From assembly GCA_024679065.1 (NCBI GenBank), contig JAGIQG010000002.1, forward strand, positions 36,580,001-36,644,000: 64,000 nt of DNA. Direction: 5' to 3'. How positions within the stretch are numbered: position 1 is the stretch's first letter; every line of letters starts with the position of its first letter. Shown in pieces: positions 12,910 through 26,794 of this stretch. Both the position numbers and the translations under genes were made by a program. This DNA is from Sphyrna mokarran. Lineage: Eukaryota. The notes below the pieces were generated by a model. That model was not told where the DNA came from and searched no databases. It saw only the letters and a program-made list of their open reading frames with translations.

Positions 12910-13080
12910 ATGGAAGTTCCGAATCCTGCCGGCTTGTACAGCGATGTGAAGACGATCAAGGTGCCGGCAGCCCCTAGTATCGAGGACTTTGCTATCATCA
13001 AGCCCATCAGCCGCGGGGCTTTCGGCAAAGTGTACCTGGCTCGGAAGAAACATGATGAAAAGAAGCTGTACGCTGTCAAG
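12910..13080 (+). CDS. MASTL: MASTL/Greatwall kinase, coding exon 1
   Basis: MEVP...[23 protein letters not shown]...LYAVK: Greatwall-type Gly loop (SRGAFG) and the ATP-binding Lys. 171 nt, ending at AAG|gcaagc (GC donor). Confidence 0.95.
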
Positions 13081-13169
13081 GCAAGCACAGATGGATATGA
13101 TTTGGGGGGGGGGGTCGTCCAAACACCGGCTGTATCCTTAATCAAATCTAATTTGTGACATTTCAAGTC

Positions 13170-13430
13170 CCCTTGAATCCCAACTGTGCAGAAGAAGGCC
13201 ATTCAGCCCTTTGCGTCTGCACTGACCCTCCTGAAAGAGCACTTTATCTAGGTCTACTCCCCTGCCCTATCTCAGTGCGTTGATTACAGTCAATCCACCT
13301 AATTTGCACATCCTTGGACTGTGAGAGGAAACCCGTGATGTGGAGATGCCCGTGTTGGATTAGGGTAAACACAGTAAGCAGTCTCAGTAAGAAGTGAGAC
13401 TTCTTATGGAGGAAACCCATGCACACGTGA
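13170..13430 (-). mobile_element. V-SINE fragment
   Basis: Reverse V core (GGTTTCCTCTCACAGTCCAAGGATGTGC) with a CR1-type tail. Confidence 0.65.
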
Positions 13431-13457
13431 GATGATTATGCAGATTGTCAGCATAGA

Positions 13458-13730
13458 GGTGGCACAGTAGTTAGCACTGCTGCCTCACAATGCCAGAGAT
13501 TGGGATTCAATTCCCAGCTTGGGTGACTGTGTGGAGTTTGCACATTCTCCCCTTGTCTGCATAGGTTTCCTCTAGGGGGCTCCATTTTCCTGTCAGTCTG
13601 AAAGATGTGTGGGTTGAGTGGATTGGTATTGCTAAATTCTCCCTCAGGTGCTGGACCGTGGTGACTAGAGGATTTTCACAGTAACTTCATTGCAGTGTTA
13701 ATGTAAGTCTACTTGTGACACTAATAAACT
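13458..13730 (+). mobile_element. V-SINE with a non-CR1 tail
   Basis: A-box TGGCACAGTAG, B-box-like GATTCAATTCC, V core, and tail GGATTTTCACAGTAACTTC...GTGACACTAATAAA. The same tail is at 12462-12530. Confidence 0.8.
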
Positions 13731-14249
13731 TATTAAAACTGAGGACGACATTGAATTGGGTCCTTGAAGCAGCAATGCTAATAATTGTACTGCTGTCATG
13801 CCCCAATGATACCCTCATACGATGTTCATGGTTAAGTGTGTTCATGGGTATTTTTTCCATAACGTTTAGCCATGTCTGGACTGGTTGTCTGAGACTGGAG
13901 CAGAACCGGGATTGGGTAGATTCAGGTTTTACTTGGACTCATGATTTATTACAAACTTCCTTTATTTTTACTTCCCAGTTGGAAGTGGTTCTCAACTATG
14001 CTATTGAGCAGCTGTTACTGAGGAATAGCTGGCTTACTGATACTTAGTTTAGGTCCTTCCAGGTCTAGGGCCTCCAGACCTCATTATAGTCTTGGCTAAA
14101 ACATGAACTGAAGAGGTGAACTCGAGGTGGGAGTGACTGCCCTTGGCCTCAAGGAAACATTTTGGTCAAGTACGTCATCAAAGAGCCCTTTTTGAAGTTA
14201 ATGGGAGCGGGGGCATGTGGGTGACAACAATTTGAAGTCATGCCTAGCA

Positions 14250-15200
14250 TAAAAGGTGGTGGTTGTTGGAAATCAATTGTCTTAGCCCTAGAGCATTTCT
14301 GTATGAACTTCTTGGGTAGTGTAAGGCTTGACATTTTGACTTTCCCTCTGTCACAAGATTAGAATTTAAGTAGGAATGCTTGCTGATTTTGTGATATTTA
14401 TTGCCACACACAACTCCTCAGATATTGAAACTGTGTCCATTTGCAGCAAGACTGGCACCAACATTCAGGCTTGGACTAATAAGTGGCAAGTAAATTCCTG
14501 CCAGATAATGACCATCCCTGAAAAAAGAGAATCCAATCATCTACTATGGCATTCAATCACTTAAACTTCTCAACTACCAACATTGTGTGGGGTTACCATT
14601 GACTAGAAACTGAACTACTTGTAAATATTGTGGCTACAAAAGTAGTTAGTGGTTAGAACATAGAAACAGGCCCTTCGGCCCACAAGTTACACTGATCATA
14701 TCCCTACCTACCAGTTAGGAGTTACAATAATCCACCTCTTGACTCCCTGTCTACTATCAAAAAGACATGTTAGAAATGTGATGGAATATTCTCCACTTGC
14801 CTGAATAAATACAGCTCCAACAGCTGTATTTAATTGGAGTTTAATACCATCCAGCACAGAGCAACCCATTTGATATATACCACTTTGATATTTCTTTTAA
14901 GATTCACTGGAGCAATGCATCTTCATGACCATTACCACTTACAGGGGCAAGCAGATGCACAGGATCACACCAGTGTGAATTCACTTCCAAACCACGTATC
15001 ATCCTGACTTGAAACTATATCGCTATTTCTTTACTATAGCTGGGTCAAAATCTTAAGTCCCTCCCAAGTAGCATTGTGGGTGTGTCTATACCAGACAGAC
15101 AGCAGAGGTTCAAGAAGGTGGCTCACTATTCCTCCTCGAAGGCAATTAGGAATGGCAGTAAATGTTGGTCTAGTCACTGGCACCCATGTCTTCAAATGAG
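14250..15200 (+). mobile_element. Old CR1/L2-group LINE 3' region
   Basis: Decayed RT C-terminus and the tail GGTTCAAGAAGG...GGCAATTAGG...AAATG(C/T)TGG, also present at 62650-62740 (-). Confidence 0.55.
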
Positions 15201-15565
15201 GGATATTGAAAAGATGTTCCACAGGATTGTTAGGTAGTGATTCCTAGTTTCAGTTTAATTCTCCATGCTGCTAGCACTCTGATCCCTTGCCTACATTGTT
15301 CAATGTAAGTCCAAATAACACCTATGCTTTTGCTTGGACATGAGCCAAACTTGTGGGATTAAAGTTTTTGATCTTTTTTTAAATTCAAATTGCAGCTGTT
15401 GGTACTAATTCTGCTATTCCCTTTTGCACCTCCTCCATATACACGTTTACTTGTCCTGTTATCTTTCCCTTTTGCTTTGGCGCACTATATCTTTTGTTAT
15501 TCAATTTCTCCTGCTTTCCACCCTAGCACAAATTTTCCTTTTTTTTGTTGTTTTCTTCACTTTGC

Positions 15566-18500
15566 CTTATGATCCCAGCTGCGTTGTAACTGGATGGGAA
15601 GGTCCTGGGCTCAAATAGTAATTTTACTATTTTAGAAAATGTGAAGGAAGAGAGTCATAGGGCCACTAATTAGTCTTAACAACATGAAATAAATGTATTT
15701 AAACATGAAAAGTTGGATGGCGATACAATGCTCTTACCTCCCCTTCAGATTAACAAGTACACAGATTTTAAGATTAATGTTGATTACAAAGTATAGCTTA
15801 AGCTACGGTAGTCTTGGTACCACAAAGTCCTTTTAAACACCCAAACTGGTTTTAGCAAAACACATTTTTTGCTGTGAAACCAAGTGTCTGTGGATTTCTC
15901 TTTAGAATTCTGCCCAAATGATTTTTATACCTTGAACCATCTTGTCCAACTGAACTCCAGCTTCCACACGAATGATTTAAATTCTGCTTTCAAAAGGTAC
16001 ACTTCTTTTAAATAGCGCTTTCTTTTAGTGTCAATTAGAAACATAGAAAAACTACAGCACAAACAGGCCCTTCGGCCCACAAGTTGCGCCAAACATATTC
16101 CTACCTACTAGGCGTACCTATAACTCTTTATTTTACTAAGTTCCACGTACTTGTACAGAAGTCTCTTAAAAGACCCTATCGAATCGGCCTCCACCACCAC
16201 TGCTAGCAGCCGATTCCACGCACCCACCACCCTCTGAGTGAAAAACTTACGCCTGACATCTCCTCTGTACCTACTCCCCAGCACCCTAAACCTGTGTCCT
16301 CTTGTGACAACCTTTTTAGCCCTGGGAAGAAGTCTCTAAGAATCCACTCGATGAATATCTTATACACCTCTATCAGGTCACCCCTCATCCTTCGTCTCTC
16401 CAAGAAGAAAAGACTGAGCTCTCCCACCCTATCCTTATAAGGCATGCCACCCAATCCAGGCAACATCCTTCTAAATCTCCTCTGCACATTTTCAATGGCT
16501 TCCACATCCTTTCTGTAACGAGGTGACCAGAACTGAGCACAGTACTCCAAGTGGGCTCTGACCAGGGTCTTGTGCAGCTGCAACATTATCTCCTGACTCT
16601 TAAACTCAGTTCCTCGATTGATGAATGCCAGTACACCATATGCCTTCTTAACCACAGCCTCTACCTGCGAAAATGCTTTGAGTGTCCTATGAACTTGGAC
16701 CCCAAGATCCTTCTGCTAAGAGTCTTACCCTTAATATTATAATCTGCCATCCTTTTTGACCTGCTGAAATGAATCACCACACGCTTATCTGGGTTGAAGT
16801 CCATTTGCCACTTCTCTGCCCAGTTGTGCATCCTATCAATGTCTTGCTGCAATTCTGACATCCCTCCACACTATCCACAACATCTCCAACCTTTGTGTCA
16901 TCAGCAAACTTACCAACCCATCCCTCCACTCCCTCATCCAGGTCATTTATAAAAATCATAAAGAGCAAGGGCCCCAGAACAGATCCTTGCTGAAGTCCAT
17001 ATAAACCACAACTACTGCTCTTCCTTCGTCAATGTGTTTAGACACATTCTCAAAAAACTCAACCAGGCTCTTAAGGCATGATCTGCCTTTGACAAAGCTG
17101 TGCTGACTATTCTTGATCATACTACACCTCTCCAAATGTTCATAAATCCTGTCTCTCGGGGTCTTCTCCATCAAGGACTATCTTTTCTCCCTTTCTTGAA
17201 TAAAGGAACCACATCCACAATCCTTTGGAACTACTCCCCTTTCCGTTGATGATGCAAAGATCATTGCCAGAGGCTCAGCAATCTCTTCCCTCGTCTGCTG
17301 CAGTAATCTGGGGTATGTCCCATCTGGTCCCAGCGACTTATCTAACTTAATGCTTTTCAAAAGCTCCAATACACCCTCTTTCTTAATGTCTGCATACTCA
17401 AGCTTTTCAGTCCTGTAAGTCTGCACTACAACCACCAAGATCCTTTTTCACTGTAAACGCTGAAGTAAAATATTCATTTAGTACCTCCACAATTTCTACC
17501 GGTTCTATACAAACCTTCTCACCGTCACACTTGATATGTTCTATTCCTTCACGTCTTATCCTCTTGCTCTTCACATACTTGTAGAATGCCTTGGAGTTTT
17601 CCTTAATCCTACCTGCCAAGGCCTTCTCATGACTTCTTCTGGTTCTCCTAATTTCCTTCTTAAGTTCTTCTAGGTCTCTAGCATTACCTAGCTCTCTGAA
17701 CCTTTTGTAAGTTTTTCTTCTTGACTAAAGTCATTACAGCTTTCATGTACCACAGTTCCTTTAGCCTATCATAACTTCTCTGTCTCGTTGGAATGATGCT
17801 GTACAAAACTCCAGGCAAATATTCCTTGAAAATTTGCCATATTTCTTCTGTACATTTCCCTAAGAAAATCTCTTTTGAATTTATGCCTCTAATTTCCTGC
17901 CTGATAGCTTCATAATTCCTCTTACTCCAATTAAACACTTTTCCTAGTTTGTCTGATCCTATCTCTCTCTCTAATGCCAATGTAAAGGAGATAGAGTTAT
18001 GATCACTATCCCCAAAATGCTCTCCTACTGAAATCAGACGCCTGTCCAGGTTCATTTTTGAATACCAAATCAAGTACAACCTCTCCTCCTGTAGGCTTAT
18101 CCACATACTGTATCAGAAAACCTTTCTGAACGCACCTAATAAGCTCCTTCCCATCTAAACCTTTTGCCTTAAGGAGATTCCAATCGATACTTGGGAAATT
18201 AAAATCTCCCATCACAACAACTCTGTTATTATTACACCTTTCCAGGACCTGTTTCCCTATCTGCTCCTCAACATCCCAGTTATTATTGGGCAGTCTATAG
18301 AAAACATCCGGTAAAGTTAATGACCCTTTTTTCTGAACCTCTACGCACAGACACTCCATAGACAATCCCTCCATGGCGTCCATATTTTCTACAGCCGTGA
18401 CACTATCTCTGATCAACAGTGCCACTTCCCCACCTCTTTTTCCTCCTTTCCTTCTGAAACATTTGAAACCTGGCATTTTAAGTATCCAGTTCTGTCCTTG

Positions 18501-20281
18501 AGTCATTCAAGTCTCTGTAATGGCCACTACATCACACTTCCAAATAGCGATCCATGCTCTCAGCTCATCTACTTTGTTCACAACACTCCTTGTGTTAAAA
18601 TAGACACATCTCAAACCTTTGGCCTGAGAGCTCCTCTTCTCCAACACCTGTCTATTCTTCTCCCATTGTTGACAAGCTCTCTATTTGTGAGCTAACCTCC
18701 TCTCTCCCAGTACTTCACTTTGATTCCCATCTCTCAACCATTCTAGTTTAAACTCTCCCCAGTAGCCTTAGCAAAACTCCGGCCAGGATATTGGTCCCCT
18801 GGGATTCAAGTATAACTCGTCCTTTTTTTTTTTTAACAGGTAACACCTGCCCCAAAAGAGGTCCTAATGATCCAGAAACCTGAATCCCTGCCCCCTGGTC
18901 CAGTCCCTCAGCCACGCATCCTCTACCTCTTTTTCCATTCCTACTCTTGCTGTCTCGTGGCACAGGCACCAATCCCGAGATTACTACCTTTGCATTCCTT
19001 CTTCTCAATTCTCTACCTAAATCCCTATATTCTCTTTTCAAGACGCCTTCCCATTTTCCACCTATGTCAGTAGTACCAATATGTACCACGACCTCTAGCT
19101 CCTCTCCCTTCCACTTCAGGATATCTTGGATGCGATCAAAAACATCCCGGCACCGGGGAGGCAAACTGCATTCGAGTTTCTCGACTGCCTCCACAAAATT
19201 GCCTGTCTGACCCCCTCACTGTAGAGTCCCTATCACTTTTGCTTTCCTCAGCCTTTGCTGACCCTTTTGAGCTACAGGATCGGATTCGGCGCTGGAGGCA
19301 TGGCTACTGCTGTTTCCACCAGATAGGCTGCAGCCCCCTCCAACAGTACTCAAACAGGAATACTTATTGCTAAGGGGCATAGTGACCGGTGTATTCTCTA
19401 GTACCTCACCTTTCTGCTTCCTAAGCATGACCTACTTGCCTGCATCTCGAGGCCATGATGTGACCACCTGCCTGTAATTCCTATCTGTCACCTCCTCATT
19501 CTCCCTGACCCGACAAAGATAATCGAGCTGCAGCTCCAGTTCCCTAATGTGGTCCTTAGGAGCTGCAGCTTGACACACTCTGCGCAGATATGGTGTCTGG
19601 GAGACGAGGAGACTCCAGGACCTCCCACATCTGACACTGAGAACAATAAACTGATCTCGCGCTCATAACTCCCCTTTTCTTCAAATTCCACAAAGAAAGA
19701 AACTAAGAATTAAACCTACCTTGCCTTGCTCGTTTCCGCCTAAGCCCGTTGAGCCAAAGCCCTTTAGCTCTGCTACCTGCTCACTCTGCTGCCCGCTGCA
19801 TAGTGCAGCCTGCTTTTTAAACCTTGTAAGTTGACAAACCATTCCCAGGTCACCCCTCAGCCTACTTCAGCTTTACTATTAAAAAAACTTATCTTAAAAA
19901 AAGAGAAACCCTGTAAGATTTGCTTACAGGTTTTACATCTTCCCACTTAAGGATTTCTTTGTCTTTGCAGTTGCTTAACTATCGATTCCTAGACTGTTAA
20001 AATGGCATTAAACATTTACTTCTGAAGTCTGCTTCCTCTTTTTAAAACTGGTTACTGTAGTTGTCTCTAAGTTAACCTTCTCAGCTTTGCCTGTCTTTAA
20101 TGAACAGTTCGCAGTGCTAGAATCTTTAATCTCCATCTTTTTAAGACATTTCCTATCCCAGTTCACTGGTTATCTAGTCCTTCCTTTTACACAGAAACAC
20201 TAAATTAAACACACTTAAAACTACATTTCATTTTTAACATTTACTAATATAAATCCCTTAACTATATTTGTTTTCCTAACA
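15566..20281. mobile_element. Possible old solo LTR split by the CR1 at 16036-19860
   Basis: Non-coding blocks at 15566-16035 and 19861-20281 end in ...CCTAACA and interrupt a pyrimidine-rich repeat. The 5' TG and a TSD could not be resolved. Confidence 0.3.
16036..19860 (-). mobile_element. Near full-length decayed CR1 LINE with esterase ORF1
   Basis: ORF1 Cys motifs (about 19570-19660), SGNH esterase (VVVHIGTTD, VVISGL), APE endonuclease (VVMGDFNFP, SDH), RT with an internal deletion near 16985, and tail. 5' boundary approximate. Confidence 0.9.
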
Positions 20282-21108
20282 TCCCGTTTTCACTGCCTCT
20301 TTTTGCATAAACCTATTATATCTCGAATCTTTTCCAATTCTTATGAAAAATCGTCAACCTGAAACTATAATTGTTGCCTAACCTGTTAAAATTTCCAGCC
20401 TTTTCTATTTTTATTACTAAAAGTGTTCAAACCAGATAGTTGCAAAGTGCCCAGCAAAGAGATGAAGTGCTGTCTTTGAAACTTACATTCATTTTAACTG
20501 GAACAATTCAAGAGACCAAAGTGATAGACAGAATTGGAATAAAAAGGAAAATTTAAAGGGAAGAACCCCAGAGATCAGGACCACAGCAGCAGATAACTTT
20601 GCTGAAAATTCTATCACTTTTATTTAGTTGCCTCAGTGTTGACAAAAACAAATTTTAGGCAACAATTCAAAACAAATTTTTGAATTAGTAAACTAGTTTA
20701 AAGAAAATGTATAGAAGTCTGTTGTATGGAAAGAGTAGGGTGTCAGAGTGTGGTGTGGAAAGGTATGAATGGACAAATATCACATCAAGACAAAATGTAC
20801 CAGGCATGAATACATGTTTTTCTGTAATGTTAGTGGAAAAATGCAATGCAAATGTGTTTGGTATTTTTCCATCAACTATTTTAACTGGGAGAAGAGAATG
20901 GTGAGGGAAATTATCTGAATGCCCCTTTTTTTTTTCAGAAAATATTTAGTGTATGAAACAGTTAAATAGAAATTGTAAATTGAAAATAAAAGACTGAGTT
21001 GCTGTCAAGTGCAGGCAATAAAAATTCTCAACTTTTAATATTTGCATGCAGAAATGTTTAAATACTTAAACTAGAAGTTGCCATATTTTTGATCTCTCTT
21101 CATCCAAG

Positions 21109-21246
21109 GTTGTCAAGAAAGCTGATCTGATACATAAAAACATGGTGCACCAGTTGCAGGCAGAGAGAACTGCACTAGCTCTGAGTAAAAGCCCTTTCAT
21201 TGTGCACTTGTACTATTCATTGCAGTCTGCCAACAACGTTTACCTT
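21109..21246 (+). CDS. MASTL: MASTL coding exon 2
   Basis: aag|GTT...CTT|gtaagt; 138 nt; [46 protein letters not shown]. Not in the ORF track. Confidence 0.96.
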
Positions 21247-21936
21247 GTAAGTATATGCTATATTTTTGTTCAGAAACAGATAATTGCAGGAAATAGCTAA
21301 TAAAATAGGAATGCTTAAAGGAGGTTTTGTCTTTGTAAATGAAAGCACTTGTGGGATGAATTTTACTGTCCTCCCTGCCACAGGAATTGTGACATTGGGT
21401 GCGATTTTTTTTTTCCCAGTTTTGGGGTGAGCATGGCTGAAAAATCCTGCTCGTCATACCTTTAACCTATAAAAATGGCCCAAGTTGATTCACAAACACA
21501 TGATAAAATGGACAGTCAACTTTAGGAGTGATGGCTCAATACTTAAAATGTTAATTTTTAAGAAAGTCCTTAAAGGAAGCAAGGAAGGTATCAGGTCCAG
21601 TAAGGGATTTCCAGAGAGTTGGGTCTTCAGTGGTTTAAAGTATGGCTGCTATTGGTCAGGGCCAAAGGGATTGTAGAGACTCACAAGAGGTTAGATTAAG
21701 AGTATCAAAATTATTATTGACTTGCTAATAGCTGGAGATAAACCCTTGGAATTTGTCGCAGGCATGCATCTGGGCTTTGAGAGAATAATCTAGTGAGTGA
21801 TACATACTAATTTTAAAATATGGTTTTTGAAAGTTCTGAATGATTGCCAGGCCATATTTTATGCTTTTAAAGCTAAATGCAATTTACTGGTTTCTTAGGC
21901 AAAGATAAAATAGACCAATCTTTTCCTTCCCCTCAG

Positions 21937-22076
21937 GTGATGGAATACCTTATTGGTGGGGATGTGAAGTCTCTACTTCACATTTATGGCTATTTTGATG
22001 AAGACATGACTGTAAAGTACATTTCTGAGGCTGCTGTTGCTTTGGATTATTTACACAGACATGGTATTATTCATAG
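21937..22076 (+). CDS. MASTL: MASTL coding exon 3
   Basis: cctcag|GTG...CATAG|gtacag; 140 nt; [24 protein letters not shown]...[10 protein letters not shown](R). Confidence 0.96.
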
Positions 22077-22239
22077 GTACAGTAAGACTGAACTATATAT
22101 ATATATAAAATGTGACTGCATACTAATTGTCTTTTCCTCCTCAAGTATAAATTATCGTTGTGATGGGAGATAGTTTGTTCCTTTGGTATTTGCCTAATTC
22201 AGCTTTGTTCAAACCTGTGTCTAGACAATCATGAAAGTC

Positions 22240-22655
22240 AGAACAGCCAAATCCGTTTCTGGGTTTTGGAATCAAATCCCACTCAGGATTTAAGCAAAAA
22301 AAATTAGGCTAACACTCCAGTGCAAATAATGTTAGCGGTGCCACCCTTTGAATCAGATGTTAAAACAGAGGCCCCATCTTTTCTGTTAAATGGACGTAAT
22401 AGATACCATTGTACTATTTTGAGGAAGAGGAGGGGAATTCTCAGTTTTCTGGGATCTGTGTTAATCCCTCCAAAAACGTCACATTTAAAAAAAAAAACCT
22501 ATCTGGTCATTATCAAAATTGCTGTTTATGGAAGCTTGCTGTGTACATTGGTTGCTGTGTTTACTACGTCGCCACAGTGATTATATTTCAGAAAGCACTG
22601 GATGACATTAAGATGTCCAGTGATCATGATAGGGGCAATACAAATGCAAATCTTT
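22240..22655 (+). mobile_element. Deu-domain (SacSINE1-like) SINE
   Basis: GATGTTAAAACAGAGGCCCC...TATCTGGTCATTATCAAAATTGCTGTTT...AAATGCAAATCTTT. Confidence 0.65.
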
Positions 22656-22714
22656 TTGGGTTTTTTTTTGCTGCTTTTATGCCACCCATTGATTTTTGCT
22701 CTAAGCCATACAAC

Positions 22715-23003
22715 CGTAGATCCCTACAGTGCAAAAGGAGGCCGTTTTGGTCCATCAAGTCTACACCAACTCTAAAAGAATATCTCACCCAAACTCAACC
22801 CCCTACCCTACCCCAGTTACCCTGAGCATTTAGCATGGCCAATTTATCTGGCCTACACATCTTTGGATTGTGGGAAGAAACCAGACACCTGAAGGAAACC
22901 CATGCAGACACAGAATATGCAAAGTCCACACAGTCACCTAAAGGCCGGAATTAAATACGGATTCATGGTGCTGCGAGGCAGCAGAGCTTGCCACTTTGCC
23001 ACT
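22715..23003 (-). mobile_element. HE1-like V-SINE
   Basis: Reverse tRNA-like head, V core and CR1 tail. Confidence 0.75.
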
Positions 23004-24050
23004 GGGTTTTGATTAGGGAGTTGGGCCACCAACTAGTTCAACGCTTTTATTTCGTAATGCAGGTGTCTTGAGACCAACTTTCACCACACTGCTGTGCTTG
23101 CTTCAAAACTTTCAATGCTTCCTTGATGATAATCCCCATAAATCTAATCTTCTCTTGCCCTGCAAATCTTCTCTCGTGTCACTTTTATTCCACTGATTCT
23201 GGTGTCTCGTGCACCCCATCCCTTTACCCCACTATTTGCTGTCACTAAGTTGTATGCTTTAATTACTGTTAGTCTTTTTAAAACGATCTTTTGTACAAAC
23301 TTTTAGTCACAATCCCACCAACCCCTCCTAATCTTTTATGGCTTACTGTCTTTTTTCCATTGACTATCCCTCTAGAGTGTCATGTGATTTATCTCTATAT
23401 CAAAGGTGCTTTATAAATGCAAGTAGTTGTTGTAATAAGAGACAGCAAGAGCTAAGCAGCTGGTGTGCATATTATTATTTTAATACTGTTATATGAAAGA
23501 ACTTTCGCAGCATTAAATAACTTTTATTTAAACGTCAGATATCTTTGTCTTTGATTTGCTGGTAATTGGTGATGTATATCTTTTATATAATTTTAAGGTT
23601 GAAGCTGTGATCTGCTTCGTCTAACTGAATAATTTGTTGCTGTCCTGAAACTCAATTGGGGTGTGGGCCTATAGGTGCCAGCTGCTCTTGAATAGCCCAC
23701 CCTCTATGTGTGAGCATAGACAATTAGTCCTGGTAAGCTATATGATCTTGTGCCAGGATTGAAATAGCTTATTCAACCGAATATTAACCTGTTATATTCT
23801 GTCAAGATTATGTTTAACCATACAGTAAAGTCACAAAGGCTTGAATAATCTGCTGCTTCTATGCTCCCTGATATGTCTCTCTGATTTTTAGCACAGGCCA
23901 CTTGGGAAGAAGCCTTCAGTTGTTATTGAATGGCTTTTTAGCTGGTATGAAGAGAAAAGTAAAGATGATTAGGAACAAATTCTGGCCAGCAATTTCTGCA
24001 TCCTCCTGCACCCCTATGTCAGACAAAAGGCCCCCAAAATGAGAAATGTT

Positions 24051-24895
24051 GGGGGCGATTCTACCAAAAGTGCCAAATTGGTAGGAAAACTGGTCTAGAT
24101 CACGACTGTTTTTTCAGTGCACCTTCAGACCTGAATCTTCCCATTCTGTGCAATGCAGAGGTCACAATTGGGAATCTAATCAAAAACATAGGGGGTAGAG
24201 CCTATTCATGCTGGAGGCTGACAGCTCTGAAAGTCTGAGGATACACAGTGGTCCCAATCTATGAGTCTCCCCATTTGCTGGCCAGCCCTGGACCGCTATG
24301 GTGCTGCCCCTCCAGTGGGCCCCACAGCAATTCCTGGGCCAGACCTGACAATCCCGTCCTGCAGTCCCAGAGCACCCTGATACCCTGCCGCAGTCGCTGG
24401 CCTCCCTCCAGCCTGGCCCATGCAGATCCCCTCACCAATTATCCCTAGGCCCTGACCCCTGCCCAATGCCTGATGGGCAGTGCCAAAGTGCCCACCAGAC
24501 ATGGGCCAGGGGGCATAGGCTGGTACTGCCAGGGTGCCCATACTCAGGAACCCTGCGTCAGCCCCCTTTCCATTCCAGCGGGGTCTCCTGCCAGTTCCCC
24601 AAATGTGGGGAGCTATTCTAAACCTCGCCAGAATGAAGTACCCCTGGCAGGGTAGGAGATGCTATTGGGACTGGCAAGTTCTTGATTAATGACATGCAAA
24701 ACATATTTAAGCTACATTAAAAAAAATTCAAATGACTTAGTTCTCTTCTCACCGGTTTCCAACACTATCCAGATTGTAGCTGTTCTGCGGCTCTGAGAGA
24801 TGCGCGTGTGCAAATCCCAGAAAAAAGCTGAAGACACGATTCTCCTGACCAGACCCACCAGAAAAGTTGTGGGTTACGATCGGAGAATCGGGCTT
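24051..24895. mobile_element. 845-bp non-autonomous DNA transposon, PIF/Harbinger-like
   Basis: Imperfect TIRs GGGGGCGATTCTAC / GGAGAATCGGGCTT, GTT on both sides (24048-24050, 24896-24898), and a GC-rich non-coding interior. Confidence 0.65.
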
Positions 24896-24924
24896 GTTAT
24901 CTCAGTTGAGATCAGCAAAGTTGA

Positions 24925-25146
<222 letters not shown>

Positions 25147-25312
25147 TAATTTTAAATCCAGATACATTATTGAGTAATCAGTAGAATATCCAATTTAACT
25201 GCATTGCTGAAATTGTTTAACAAAACATATTTAAAAATGAGCAATCGAACCCCACGTTCCAATTAAGATCAATTTTGATCACTAAGATTTCTAACTGCAT
25301 CTTTGTCTCCAG

Positions 25313-25419
25313 AGATAAATATAATGGATATTCTGAATACACCATCCATGATTAATCCAAAACTGGATTACTATCGTACTCCTGGACAGATCCTGTCTCT
25401 CATCAGCTCTCTGAGCTTT
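25313..25419 (+). CDS. MASTL: MASTL coding exon 5
   Basis: ctccag|AG ATA...TTT|gtaagt; 107 nt; (E)INIMDILNTPSMINPKLDYYRTPGQILSLISSLSF, with the conserved TP sites. Confidence 0.95.
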
Positions 25420-25789
25420 GTAAGTACTAAATCTATTGTGATTTACTGTAAGAGAAGTTGAATCTTATTTTAATTGTGATATTCCAGTCAATGTTCTTTT
25501 TATAAAAGTTTACAGACCTAATTCCTAAGTTTCTTATTTCTTTAATTCTTGATAATCAGTGATATTTTAGCAGCCTTTTTACTAAAATGGAAACAAAACA
25601 TCTGGAAATTCGTAGTTAACATTTGAAGAGAAGTGAATTAAGACTTGGTGTTTACAACTGCTCCAGAACTTTCTGAGCCATTTTATAATTTTCTGGTCAC
25701 TTTTTGTGACCATGTGAATAAAACACCTCATTGATTTTTGTCAATTCCTGCAAAATTCTAGTTGTATGGAGAGATTAAGGTGTAATTTC

Positions 25790-26150
25790 CAGCTTTTCTA
25801 ATAGTGCAATGCTGAGAGGGTGCTTGTCTGCCAAAGCAGTTTTTTCCTTCTGATGAGAACTGAAGCTGAGTTGCAGTTTTCTTTCTCAAATGGATATAAA
25901 GAAGTTCTGTCACTGTTTGCAAAGGAACAAGGGAGGTGTTCTGGCCTATATTTATCCCTGAACCAACATCAATAAAATAGATCTTTTCATTATCTAATTT
26001 CTAATTGCTACATCTAGGGCACTACTGAGTGCATATTAGCTACTATACTTCTTTCCATTGCAAGAATGATCATGTTTCCCAAATACTTCATTGACTGAAG
26101 TTTTTTGGGAGGTTCTGAAGTTTTAAAATATTCTAAAAATACATGTTTGT
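25790..26150 (+). mobile_element. Degenerate Deu-domain SINE
   Basis: Similar to 22240-22655. Confidence 0.5.
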
Positions 26151-26794
26151 TTGCTCTTTCCAAGTGTTTAATTTACTAAATTATAGTTAATTTCAGAACT
26201 AAAATAAGATTGACTGACTGCAATCCACAGTCCTAATACTCATGTAATAGATGTTTTATTTTAATGGTTTTGTGCATCACAAATACTTTCTGAAAGTGTA
26301 ACATTCCTTTTTTTAAACGTATCTCACTATTTGAAGTGAGACTGAAGAATGACACATAGTCCCCCTTAATCATAACCGGATGTGTAATAATTAATTCCAA
26401 TTTTCTTTTTGCCTCTGATTCCAAATACATGACCATGTTGCTCAATCTCTGACCACCATTGATTCCAGTGCACCTGCTATTTACATGAAGAATAAATCTA
26501 TTGGATCAGAGTTAATGTGATAATGGTAATTGCATTAGCCCAATCTTTTGCACTCTCTGATATCTTACCAATTTCCCATTAATCTTTTGATTCTTGCTGA
26601 CTCTTCCTCTCCCCAATCCATAACTGAGCAAGCAACTAGTCTGTTTCTATTGAGCACCTACCTACGATACATTTTGATCTTTGTTTTTCCTCTGTAAAAG
26701 TTATACTATAAGATTATAATATAGAATACAGGTTAATCTAGTTCCTACCATGCAGAGACTATTTGGCCTCTGATCTTCGAGGAAGCATTCTCCA

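Noticed and set aside
12762-13202. 146-aa and 115-aa antisense ORFs over exon 1
   Set aside because: Shadow ORFs of a GC-rich kinase exon with no independent support.
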